Assembly: GCF_028641065.1 (NCBI RefSeq)
Contig: NW_026576674.1
Location: 186,001 to 250,000 of the forward strand
Length of the DNA: 64,000 bases
Direction of reading: 5' to 3'
Source: Leucoraja erinacea
Lineage: Eukaryota
Shown here: in pieces, positions 12,328 through 24,314 of the stretch
How positions within the stretch are numbered: position 1 is the stretch's first letter
How the letters are laid out: each line of letters opens with the position of its first letter
Position numbers and translations under genes: made by a program
The notes under the pieces: model-generated
Databases searched by the model: none
What the model saw: the letters and a program-made list of their open reading frames with translations, nothing else
Told to the model about the DNA's origin: nothing

Positions 12328-13769
12328 TAATCTATCGATTTCCCTCCCAAGGAGAGAAAGACGACCTCCTGCCACGGCACATCTGCTGATGCGCCTTGTA
12401 TTCAACGGTTCTGTCGGTCGCCCACTAATTAACATGCCCGTAGATGTTGTGTGATGCCAATATGTTGCTCGTGCTGATGCGTTTGACTCCATTGGTGATG
12501 TTCACGGAAGCAGGATTGTAATAATTCTCCATCGCCAAATCGAAGCGGACTGATAGCGAATTAGATGAATACAGCCCTTACCATATAGAAGTCGGCAGGT
12601 TCGTTCCATCTAGCTTGCGTCGCGTCCAGCTGCAATTGGATTCACCCGCTGCTTTTCCTTTTCACATGCCTTCCCAATTTCCCCAAAGTATCTGCCTGGG
12701 GCCGATACACTGGCGATAACGGATATTGACAAGTAAACTGGAATCTGCAATTTATTCTGATGTGCAGGTTGTGGATGCGATTGTTCAAAACAAAGAGAAT
12801 TGGTGTGAACGGGTGATAAATGATCGGCAGGTGACGGAGGNNNNNNNNNNNNNNNNNNNNNNNNNNNNNNNNNNNNNNNNNNNNNNNNNNNNNNNNNNNN
12901 NNNNNNNNNNNNNNNNNNNNNNNNNNNNNNNNNNNNNNNNNNNNNNNNNNNNNNNNNNNNNNNNNNNNNNNNNNNNNNNNNNNNNNNNNNNNNNNNNNNN
13001 NNNNNNNNNNNNNNNNNNNNNNNNNNNNNNNNNNNNNNNNNNNNNNNNNNNNNNNNNNNNNNNNNNNNNNNNNNNNNNNNNNNNNNNNNNNNNNNNNNNN
13101 NNNNNNNNNNNNNNNNNNNNNNNNNNNNNNNNNNNNNNNNNNNNNNNNNNNNNNNNNNNNNNNNNNNNNNNNNNNNNNNNNNNNNNACGAACCAACCAAA
13201 AGGCAATGAAGGCAAAGCAAATCAGGCGTTGATGGCAAGGCGAGGCAGGGCATCGAAGGCAACGCATCCAAGCAAGGCATTGAATGGAATTCATCAAATA
13301 CAATGCATTGAACGGAAGGCGAGGCATTGAACCAATCAATCAGTCACGCAGGCAAACCAACGTGAACACAGGAAAAAGGCACAAACTTCACACGTACAAC
13401 ACCAGTAATCAGCAGCTAACCTGCGATGCTGGAGCTACCAAGAAGTAGCCACTGCTGTTTATTTTCTTTGAGGATAAAGGGTGGTAAAATATTGTGTGCC
13501 TTATAAAGCAAATCTGGTCGGAAATGAAGGTTAACAGTGGCGTTATTTGCAACATTTGCATTCATATGCGCATCCTGAAATCAATCACAAATTGATACCG
13601 AGTAATGTATGGGCAGCCATTCCTCTTACCGCAGACATCTGTGCCGAACATCTCGATGCGAGATACAGAATCAAATAATCCACTCACTTTCGTATTAAGA
13701 AGTGTCAAACTAACGTGCTCCTGGAACAATGAAGGATGGTCATTGGTTTAAACTTCGTCTTATCTACAG

Positions 13770-14168
13770 CTAACCTGTTGGCAATCTTCATTCTGTCCCG
13801 GGGAATGTTTGGTCTCTCCAAATGTATCACCCTCTACCTGGTATCCATGGTCGTAGCTGATATAATGGTTCTGATTTTCTAGGTAATTCTCTCTGAAATA
13901 TCAGGTGCATATTTTCCGTACACATTCCTCAACTTATCTGATATCTGTAAGCTTCGTATTTTGTTTAATTGTATTTCCATCGATCGCTCTGTCTGGCTAA
14001 CGGTGTATTTCACCATCGATCGATTTATCACTATTTGTAATCAGAGTTTACGAGTAAAATATTGCACTGAGAAAACTGCGGCTTTTGGTGACAGCATTAA
14101 CGTGTACATTCCAGTGTATATTTTCTTCGTACCGCTATACACAATTGACAACTTGGCTTGGTGCTGGT
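13770..14168 (+). pseudogene. GPCR-2: truncated pseudogene exon 2 paralogous to GPCR-1/3
   Basis: Acceptor tctacag| at 13769; GAG>TAG stop at 13880-13882; frameshifting deletion near 14090-14108; sequence ends in ECL2; no exon 1 found. Confidence 0.9.
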
Positions 14169-14361
14169 GATTACTTTTCTACAGGGAACTGAGAATGCAA
14201 ATGGAAGTGTGTAGAATACGAATAATGACTTACAATTATCTCTATATTCTATAATATAATATAATAATATAGTCCCTATTTTAGATATTAACCAACTCTG
14301 CTGGTTTACAGTTATTATGCAATTCTATAATCAGAAGTAGCAGGTGTGATGTTGCTAACTT

Positions 14362-14490
14362 TGTTTGTTTAAATGACTGACACTAATCTCAATTAATTTG
14401 CCTTGATTAGGCGTCATATGGTTTCTCTGGAGAATATGTTAAAAGCATCTTAACGAGTCGTTAAAAGCATGTTATCTTTAAAAGCAAGAG
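14362..14490 (+). promoter_or_regulatory. Putative proximal promoter of GPCR-3
   Basis: TGTTTGTTTAA at 14362, TAATCT/TAATT, TCTCTGGAGA at 14424, three TTAAAAGCA boxes. Confidence 0.5.
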
Positions 14491-14531
14491 ACCTGTCATA
14501 CCATGGGTAGGAAACGTGATTATCCCTGGTC

Positions 14532-14601
14532 ATGTACGGGCCGGTCGTCAACCAGGTAGAACGCGTGTTCTACCCTATCCTTGTCATCGTTGGTGTTCCT
14601 G
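14532..14601 (+). CDS. GPCR-3 coding exon 1 (MYGPVVNQVERVFYPILVIVGVP)
   Basis: ATG at 14532, 70 nt, donor G|GTAAGC, in frame with the exon at 17087. Confidence 0.9.
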
Positions 14602-15519
14602 GTAAGCACTTTATAATTGTCTGCCGATATTTCGCCGTCTCGGCCTTACTGTTAAAAAATAGACGTGCTAGTATTTGTTGCTTGGGTGACTGAAACAATG
14701 ATTGACACCGGACATCTAAAATGCACAATCGCTTCTATGGCCGGTTATTCCAGTGCCATGTAGACAGACACATTTATTCTATGTTAACCCAGTGTCTCAT
14801 TCACTGCTTGCGCGCGAGGGACATTTTTTTACGGCGGCGAGTTTACCTACAAGCCCGCAGGTATTTCGGATGAGGGAAGATTCGGTAACACCTGGAGGAA
14901 GCTGATGCGGGGACATGCAGAACGTGTAAGATGCACACAGACCGGGTTGTTCTCTGCTGGCTTTCTATGTTCTATATTATACAATTGTTCTATGTCCTGT
15001 GATCGGAAATGGCTATCATCATGTGATTATAGATGAACAATTAATCTATCGATGTCCCTCTCAAGGAGATATAGACGACCCCCTGCCAATGGGGTATATG
15101 CTAATGGCCTCGTATTCACCGGTTCTGTCGGTCGCCCAGTAATTTATATTTGCCCGGAGATGTTGTGTGATACCAATGTGCAGCTGGTGCAGATGCGTCT
15201 GTGCCCATTGGCGCTGTTCACAAACTAGGACTGTGATAAGTCTCCATCGCCAAATAGAAACGGACTGATATCGAATTGGACGAACACAGATCCTCCGATG
15301 TAGAAGGCGGCAGGTTCGGTCCCTCTAGCTTGTGTCGGCTCCAACTACAATTGGATTGAATCTACAATTCACTACAATTGGATTCATCGGCTGATTTTCC
15401 TTTACAAATGCACTTCTCAATTTCCCAAAAAATTCTGCCAGAGGCCGATTCACTGCAGACAACGTATGAGTATCCGACCAGCCGGCAGTATTTCGCAAGT
15501 AGAAGGACATCGAGGCTCC

Positions 15520-16404
15520 AGTATGCAGTATGAAGTATGCAGATGATACAACGGTGATTGGCCTCATCAGCAACAACGATGAGCTGGCCTACAGGGAGGA
15601 GGTCCAGCACTTAGCAGCATGGTGCGCTGACAACAATCTGGCCCTTAACTCCAAGAAGACCAAGGAGCTCATTGTAGACTTCAGGAAGTCCAGAGGCGGC
15701 ACGCACACCCCCATCCACATTAACGGGACGGAGGTGGAACGTGTTTCTAGCTTCAGGTTCCTGGGAATCAACATCTCCGATGACCTCTCTTGGACCCACA
15801 ATACCTCTACTCTGATCAAGAAGGCTCATCAGCGTCTCTTCTTCCTGAGGAGACTGAAGAAGGTCCATCTGTCTCCTCAGATCCTGGCGAACTTCTACCG
15901 CTGCACCATCGAGAGCATCCTTACCAACTGCATCACAGTATGGTATGGCAACTGCTCTGTCTCCGACCGGAAGGCATTGCAGAGGGTGGTGAAAATTGCC
16001 CAACGCATCACCGGTTCCTCGCTCCCCTCCATTGAGTCTGTCCAAAGCAAGCGCTGTCTGCGGAGGGCGCTCAGCATCGCCAAGGACTGCTCTCACCCCA
16101 ACCATGGACTGTTTACCCTCCTACCATCCGGGAGGCGCTACAGGTCTCTCCGTTGCCGAACCAGCAGGTCGAGGAACAGCTTCTTTTCCGGCGGCTGGCA
16201 CTGAACTAAACAAGGCAAGTACCTCGGTGACTGCCAATCACCCCCCCCCCCCCCCCCCCCCCAATTCCGACACTTATTATTTATTTTTTTTATTCAAATC
16301 GTTTGCTATGTCGCTCTTCAAGGGAGATGCTAAATGCATTTCGTTGTCTCTGTACTGTACACTGACAATGACAATTAAAATTGAATCTGATCTGAATCTG
16401 AATC
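15520..16404 (+). mobile_element. Rex1/Babar-like LINE, RT 3' portion, in GPCR-3 intron
   Basis: KYADDTTVIGLI, KTKELIVDFRK, AHQRLFFLRRL, CTIESILTNCITVWYG; (TGAATC)n tail; absent from the GPCR-1 intron. Confidence 0.9.
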
Positions 16405-17086
16405 TCCATCGAAGGACAAAAGCTCGCACTTCCGTTTTACAGTGGCCCGGGTTTGATCCCGACCTCCAGCGTTTCCCGGGTGGAGTTTGTACATTTTCCT
16501 CGCGACAACGTTGATTCATACATCAGGTCTGGTTTATTCCGCATCCTAAAGATCCTGGGTGGCATTGGCATTGAAGGCAAGGCAAGGCAAGGCAAGGCAT
16601 TGAATGCAATCCATTGAAGTTAAGGGAAGACATTGATGGGAAAGCAAGACTGAGCATTGAAAGGAAGACAAGGCATTGAATGGAATTCATTGAAGGCAAG
16701 GCGAGGCATCGAAAGGCAGGGAAGGCATTGAATCAAGCAAGCAGTCACGCAGGCATGCCAACGTGAACACAGGTAAAAGGTGCAAATTCCACACAATTTT
16801 TACCAACGGCGGTAAATATTGTACGCCTTATGAAGCAATTGCGGTCAGGTTAACAGGGGCGTTATTTGGATGCAACATTTACATTCACATGCGCATCCTG
16901 AAATCAATCTGTGATTGTCACCGATGAATTTCCGGGTGGACATTCCCCTGCCGAACACCTCGATGCGAGATAAAATATCATATATTCCACTCACTTTCGA
17001 ACGAAGATGTGTCAAACTAACGTGCTCCTGGAACATTAAAATATAGTCATTGGTTTTAATTAGTTTTAATTTCGTCTTTTCTACAG

Positions 17087-17997
17087 CTAACCTGTTGGCA
17101 ATCGTCATTCTCTCCCGGGGAAAGTGTGGTCTCTCCAAATGTATCACCCGCTACCTGGTATCCATGGCCGTTGCTGATCTAATGGTTCTGATCTTCGAGG
17201 TAATTCTTTCAGAGATGGCAGGTGCCTATTATCCGTATTCATTCCTCAACCTATATCACATTTGTAAGCTGCGTATTTTGTTTAATTGTATTTCCATTGA
17301 TTGCTCTGTCTGGCTAACGGTGACGTTCACCTTCGATCGATTTGTCACTATTTGTAATCAGAGTTTACGAGTAAAATATTGCACTGAGAAAACTGCAGCT
17401 GTGGTGATAACAGTAACGTGTATCTTGAGTATTATTCAAAATATTCCAGTGTATATTTTCCTCGTACCTCTGTATATAATTGATAACGTGGCTTGGTACT
17501 GTTGGGTACCAACAGATGTCTACGCCACACCGATAGGGGCAGCACTTTCGGTCATGGAAACCATTGTAACCCCAGTTATACCAATGTTACTGATTATTCT
17601 CCTAAACGCCCTGACAATCAAACACATTATACACTCCAATAGAGTGAGGAGTGGCCTCCGACGGGATAACAAAGCCGGGAGCGGCGCAGATCAAGAGGTG
17701 GAGAACCGACGGAAGTCCATCATTCTATTGCTGGCCATATCCGGTAACTTCGTACTACTGTGGATGGTGACCTTCGTGTGCTTCATGAGTGTAAACTTCC
17801 TAGACGTTCATCTTTTAGGGTCAGATTACAACGACCCATTCACCATTGCAGAACTGTCCGGATACATGCTGAGAGCCGTGAGTGCTTGCACCAACACCTT
17901 TATTTATGGGGTGTCCCAGAACAAATTCAGGGAGGAATTTAAAAATGTAATTAAGAGCCCATTCGTTTTGTTGTTCAAATCAATAAAGTGTCTGTAA
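17087..17997 (+). CDS. GPCR-3 coding exon 2; spliced protein 326 aa, GPR139-like orphan receptor
   Basis: Acceptor ttcgtcttttctacag|; 7TM; close paralogue of GPCR-1; intact ORF to stop at 17995-17997. Confidence 0.95.
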
Positions 17998-18159
17998 TGT
18001 CACTGTGAATCTGAAAATTCCTTTCGAAATGACGTCTTCTTCTATATTGTGTTATTGCATCTTACTGTTTGAGAGGCCGTTCCGACCTCCCAATCAATGC
18101 CGAACGTCAGGATAACCGCTTCAGACAATTTAGCCGACGAATGCCCATTCAATGTGTCC

Positions 18160-18380
18160 GAAGATAGACACGAAATGCTGGAGTAACTCAGCGGGACAGG
18201 CAACATCTCAGGTGGGAAAGAATGGGTGATGTTTCGCGTCGGGATCGTGTCTTAAGGAGGGTCTCGGCTGAAACGCCACCATTCTTTCTCTCCACAGATG
18301 CTGCCTGTCCCGCTGAGTTACTCCAGCTTTTTTTTGTCTATCTTCCGTTTAAACCAGCATCTGCAGTTCCTTCCTACATA
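18160..18380. mobile_element. Palindromic Penelope-derived short repeat downstream of GPCR-3
   Basis: Inverted arms; same position relative to the gene as 6357-6580. Confidence 0.75.
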
Positions 18381-18385
18381 TTCAT

Positions 18386-20902
18386 TGTATCAGGGGTGTA
18401 TTATAGACCGCCAAATGGGGAGCGAGAATGGGAAGAGCAAATATGTAAGGAGATTGCAGATATTAGTAGTAAGCACAAGGTAGTGATTGTGGGAGATTTC
18501 AATTTTCCACACATAGACTGGGAAACACAATCTGTAAATGGGCTGGATTGGTTGGAGGTTGTAAAATGTGTGCAGGATAGTTTTTTGCAGCAATACATAG
18601 AAGTACCTACTAGAGAAGGGGCGGTGCTGGACCTCCTGTTAGGAAATGAGATGGGTCAAGTGGCAGAGGTATGCGTTGGGGAGCAGTTCGGGTCCAGTGA
18701 TCACAATACCATTAGTTTCAATATAATTATGGAGAGGGACAGAACTGGACCTAGGGTTGAGATTTTTGATTGGGACAGTTTGTTTTATGGGAAAGATGTG
18801 GAAGAGAAATGGAGTACATTTAAAGGTGAAATTTTAAGAGTACAGAATCGTTATGTCCCTGTTCAGTTGAAAGGAAATCGTAAAAATTGTAAAGAGCCAT
18901 GGTTTTCAAGGGAAATTGGACACTTGGTTCGGAAAAAGAGGGAGATCTACAATAATTCTAGGCAGAATGGAGTAAATGAGGTGCTTGAGGAGTATAACGA
19001 ATGTAAAAAGAATCTTAAGAAAGAAATTAGAAAAGCTAAAAGAAGATATGAGGTTGCTTTGGCAAGTAAGGTAAAAGTAAATCCGAAGGGTTTCTACAGC
19101 TATATTAATAGCAAAAGGATAACGAGGGATAAAATTGGTCCATTAGCGAGTCAGAGTGTAGCTCTGCAGAGCCAAAAGAGATGGGGGAGATATTGAACAG
19201 TTTCTTTTCATTGGTATTCACCAAGGAGAAGGATATTGAATTATGTGAGGTAAGGGAAACAAGTAGAGTAGCTATGGAAACTATGAGATTCAAAGAAGAG
19301 GAAGTACTGACACTTTTGAGAAATATAAAAGTGGATAAGTCTCCAGGTCCGGACAGGATATTCCCTAGGACATTGTGGGAAGTTAGTGTAGAAATAGCAG
19401 GGGCTATGGCAGAAATATTTCAAGTGTCATTAGAAACGGGAATAGTGCCGGGGGATTGGCGTACTGCGCATGTTGTTCCATTGTTTAAAAAGGGGTCTAA
19501 GAGTAAACCTAGCAATTATAGACCTGTTAGTTTGACGTCAGTGGTGGGCAAATTAATGGAAAGAATACTTAGAGATAATATATATAAGCATCTGGATAAA
19601 CAGGGTCTGATTAGGAACAGTCAACATGGATTTGTGCCTGGAAGGTCATGTTTGACTAATCTTCTTGAATTTTTTGAAGATGTTACTCGGGAAATTGATG
19701 AGGGTAAAGCAGTGGATGTTGTGTATATGGACTTCAGTAAGGCCTTTGGCAAGGTTCCTCATGGAAGGTTGGTTAAGAAGGTTCAATGGTTGGGTATTAA
19801 TGGTGGAGTAGCAAGATGGATTCAACAGTGGCTGAATGGGAGATGCCAGAGAGGTGGATGGTTGTTTGTCAGGTTGGAGGCCAGTGACGAGTGGGGTGCC
19901 ACAGGGATCTGTGTTGGGTCCACTGTTGTTTGTCATGTACATCAATGATCTGGATGATGGAGTGGTAAATTGGATTAGTAAGTATGCAGATGATACTAAG
20001 ATAGGTGGGGTTGCGGGTAATGAAGTAGAGTTTCAAAGTCTACAGAGAGATTTATGCCAGTTGGAAGAGTGGGCTGAAAGATGGCAGATGGAATTTAATG
20101 CTGATATGTGTGAGGTGCTACATCTTGGCAGGACAAATCAAAATAAGACGTACATGGTAAATGGTAGGGAATTGTAGAATGTAGGTGAACAGAGGGATCT
20201 GGGAATAACTGTGCACAGTTCCCTGAAAGTAGAATCTCATGTAGATAGGGTGGTAAAGAAAGTTTTTGGTGTGCTGGCCTTTATAAATCAGAGCATTGAG
20301 TATAGAAGTTGGGATGTAATGTTAAAATTGTACAAGGCATTGGTGAGGCCAATTCTGGAGTATGGTGTACAATTTTGGTCGCCTAATTATAGGAAGGATG
20401 TCAACAAAATAGAGAGAGTACAGAGGAAATTTACTAGAATGTTGCCTGGGTTTCAGCAACTAAGTTACAGAGAAAGGTTGAGCAAGTTAGGGCTTTATTC
20501 TTTGGAGCGCAGAAGGTTAAGGGGGGACTTGATAGAGGTTTTTAAATGATGAGAGGGATAGACAGAGTTGACGTGGAAAAGCTTTTCCCACTGAGAGTAG
20601 GGAAGATTCAAACAAGGGGACATGACTTGAGAATTAAGGGACTGAAGTTTAGGGTTAACATGAGGGGGAACTTCTTTACTCAGAGAGTGGTGGCTGTGTG
20701 GAATGAGCTTCCAGTGAAGGTGGTGGAGGCAGGTTCGCTTTTATCATTTAAAAATAAATTGGATAGTTATATGGACGGGAAGGAAATGGAAGGTTATGGT
20801 CTGAGCGCAGGTATATGGGACTAGGGGAGAATATGTGTTCGGCACGGACTAGAAGGGTCGACATGGCCTGTTTCCGTGCTGTAATTGTTATATGGTTATA
20901 TG
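18386..20902 (+). mobile_element. CR1 LINE (family A): endonuclease end, RT and 3' tail
   Basis: VYYRPPN, VGDFNFP, LDLLL and SDH (APE domain); RT YADD; (TATGGTTA) tail; frameshifted. Confidence 0.95.
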
Positions 20903-21359
20903 TCATATGTTTAATCTAGTAGGTTTTCCAGAATCTTGGATCGTATTCATTAATACTCCAACACATTTCAAAACATGAAATTACTGGTGCTGGTTTCTAC
21001 AAGAGATACAAAGTTCTAGAATAGCTCAGCAGGTCAAGCACCATCAAACAAGCTGCTACACTTGCTGACTTATAACAGCACTATGTACACTAATTATGTC
21101 TGACTCAGTCCAGAGGAGGTCCCGACCCAATTTGTCATGTATCCTTTCCCCCTCTACAGATGCTGCATGATCTGCTGAATTCCTCAGGCACTTTGTGTTT
21201 TGCACAGTTTTAAATCATTGTTTATAGATGATATGTAGAATATCAATAAACATTCCCGTTAACGCACTATCACCAACCCCACAGTCAACAATGGACCATT
21301 GTGGGTTCCACCTTTCCTTGATCATCGTTGCTTTTTGCATATTTTTCGTTCATTTCTTC

Positions 21360-21360
<1 letters not shown>

Positions 21361-21393
<33 letters not shown>

Positions 21394-21618
21394 TCTATTT
21401 ATTGGGCGCCTTTCAGACATCTCAGGGACACCTTACATAGGTTAACAGGAAATATAAACATATAATCAGAATAAAATAAATAATAAAGACATCACAGAAA
21501 CTCAAATTAAAAACAGAATTCAGTCCAAAAACAAAAATCAAAAACACAATGTGAAGAGAGAGCAACGGCAGCTAAAGCGCGCCAGCGTCCACTCTCCCTT
21601 CACGGCAGCCATCTTGGA
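21361..21618 (-). mobile_element. Short non-autonomous LINE-derived element with (TTA)n tail
   Basis: Minus strand starts TCCAAGATGGCTG and ends gaaaggcgcccaataa..(tta)n; second copy at 29876-30126. Confidence 0.75.
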
Positions 21619-22613
21619 CAAAGACTTCCATGTCTCTCGTTTCCCTTTCCCCTGACACTCAGTCTGAAGAAGGGTCTCGACCCAAAACCTATTCCTTCTC
21701 TCCAGAGGTGCTGCCTCGCCCGCTGAGTTACTCCAGAATTTTGTGTCTATTCCATTTAACCAGGTACATTTAAACAGAGCACTAGCAGCAGAACGAGGCA
21801 AGTTTCAAGGAAGCATAGATGGGGAGTGGGGCCCGGGTGAGTTTTAAGGGAGACTGGTTAACTCAGGACGAGCTGATTGTCATAGGAATATGTAGAGTGA
21901 GGGACAGATACAATGACAATCTTGATTCCTGCATCATCACAAGCTTATAGACACAATCAGCACACATAATCACATCAGACCCTAGTTCTGCAATCCAGTG
22001 AAAAGGAAAAGACGAGTTGGGCATTGAGTAGAAGTGTCGGGAAGACACGATGCAGATTTTTAGCACTTTGGTTAGACCTCATTTGGAGTATTGTGTGCAG
22101 TCGTGGACACCCCAATATAAGAAGTATGTCGAGGCCTTGGAGAGAAGCACTAGATGTTTACCAGAATGATGCCTGGATTACAGGGAATTAGTATCCGAAG
22201 AGGATGGACAAACTTGGATAGTTTCCTCTGGACTGCCGGATGAGGAGAGACCAAATGGAAGTAGATAAAATTAAGAGAGCTCTAGAGTAGAGAGAACCCT
22301 TTTCTATGGTAGAAATATGAAAAGCTTCATGGTGAGGAGACAAAATGTAAAGGAGATGTGCAGGACAAGCGAGGGTGGTTGGTGCCTGGAATGCACGACC
22401 AGGTGGTGGTGGATGCAGGTCCAATACTGGTGTGTATGGGCTTATAGACAGGCACGCCATGGTCACATGCAGGCAGATGAGATTAGTCTATCTTGGCATC
22501 ATGTTTAGCACAGACATTGTGGGCCAAAGGGCCTGCTCCAGTGTTGTGCTGTGCTGTTCTATGAGTGTGGAAATTTAGCACCAGAATGCTAAAGGAAGAA
22601 TGGCAACTAAGAG

Positions 22614-22988
22614 TAGGAAGGAACTGCAGATACCAGTTTAAACCAAAGATAGTTTGACTTCTCTAACTTCAAGTAACCCTTGCTTTCCCTCTCTCTCCAC
22701 CCATCGCCCTTCCCAGAACTCCGACCAGTTTGATTGTCCCTGATAACATTTTATCTCTGTTTGCTTTGTTGTAACCTTTTCCTAGCTAACAATGATCTAT
22801 TCAACATTTTCCTTGTCACTTCACCCCCTTTGATGTCTCGTTCTCACACCTTACACTTCCTTATCTCTGTAATCCCCTCCCTTGACTCTCAATCTGAAGA
22901 AGGATCTCGACCCGAAACATCACCCATTCCTTCTCTCCAGAGATGTTGCCTGTCCCACTGAGGTACTCCAGCATTTTGTGTCTATCAA
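22614..22988 (+). mobile_element. Penelope-derived terminal fragment with hammerhead-like core
   Basis: ctgaagaaggatctcgacccgaaac at 22894; same 3' sequence as other copies; short inverted piece at the 5' end. Confidence 0.7.
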
Positions 22989-23435
22989 TTGTGACTGAGA
23001 TCCTGTTGCGTTTAAAGGAACAGGGAAATCAGCACATGATGTGGCAAATTGAATGCTCCTGGTGTGGGTTTGTAGGTTTACTGGCTTCTGTAAAATTGCC
23101 ATCAGTGTGTAGGGAGTGGATGGGAAAGTGGAATAACTTAGAACTGATGCAAATGCGTGATCGATGATTAGCATGGGCTTTGTGGAGCAATGGGCCTGTT
23201 TCCGTGCTGTATACCTAAACTAAAATAAACCCATCTATGCAATGTATCAACAGGCTTCTGATGAGAGAGATACTGTTGAATTTCGCATTATGAGTTCGGT
23301 ATTGAATGTATTCTGTCCAAATTTTGTGACTCAGTGGAAAATCAAAATGCAGTTTTTACACAATACAATTGGAAATGCACTTTTACCATTGTTTAAGTTT
23401 CTGACAGATCTTTGTAATGCAATGTTGTAATAAAA

Positions 23436-23741
23436 GGCGGTGCAGCGATATTGCTGACTTACAGCACCAGAGACCCGGGTTCGATCCTGACTACGGGAAC
23501 TGTCTGTACGGAGTTTGTACATTTTCCCCATGACCTCCGTGGGTTTTCTCAGAGATCTTCGGTTTCCTCACACACTCCAAAGACATACAATTTTGTAGAT
23601 AATTAGCTTGGTTTAAATATAAATTGGCCCTAGTGTGTGCAGAATAGTGTTAATGTGCGGGGATCGCTGGTCGGTGCGGGCTCGGTGGGTCGAAGGGCCG
23701 GTTTCTGTGCTGTATCTCCACAAATAAAAACTAAAACTAAA
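23436..23741 (+). mobile_element. tRNA-derived SINE (HE1/V-SINE-like)
   Basis: B-box GGTTCGATCC, central ggagtttgtac..ttctcccc domain, CR1-like 3' tail. Confidence 0.85.
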
Positions 23742-23763
23742 ACAATCTTCTTCTCTCTTTCAG

Positions 23764-23786
23764 GATATTAAAAATATTCTTGGCCG
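23764..23786 (+). CDS. TRIM-type 23-nt linker exon (DIKNILGR)
   Basis: Strong acceptor cttcttctctctttcag| and donor |GTAAGT; 23-nt phase 0-2 exon typical of TRIM-B30.2 genes; frame-compatible with the exon at 26917. Confidence 0.7.
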
Positions 23787-24314
23787 GTAAGTGCTTTATT
23801 GTCCATATTTTTCTGACAATTATATATTCTGTGATTGAACTCATTCCACCTGTAGTCCTTTGCATTGTTGGATACAAATGCCAGGCAAAGTGAATGATTA
23901 CTTGGTTCATTGGAGCAAAAAATTGTAGGGGTTGGAAATCCAGAACATAAAGAGGAGACACTGAAATGCAGATGCTGAAATCTTGAGCAAAACACAGGGT
24001 GGTGGAGGAACTCAGCGGCATCTGTGGAGGGAATGGACAGGTGACATTTCGGGTTAGGACCCTTCTTCATACTGATTGTAGTAGCAGGGAGAAAGCTGAG
24101 AATGAGTAGTGTGTGGACAAAGCCTGGTGAGTGATAGGTGGATACAGTTGGGGTGGGGGTTTTGATTGGCAGTGGAATAAGCAACACAGGCTCGAGATAA
24201 AAAGGAAACAAACATGTTGTCGGATAAGAAGAGAAGATGGGTGAAATGCAAAGCAAAAGGGAGGGATCTAGATGGAAGAACAGGCATTTCAGCCCACAAT
24301 GACTATGCCATACA

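Noticed and set aside
12610-13339. ORFs spanning N runs (also near 41064, 47222 and 55229)
   Set aside because: Artefacts of assembly gaps
18222-20824. Intact autonomous LINE or host reverse-transcriptase gene
   Set aside because: 5'-truncated, internally deleted and frameshifted; the ORF start is borrowed from the adjacent palindromic repeat
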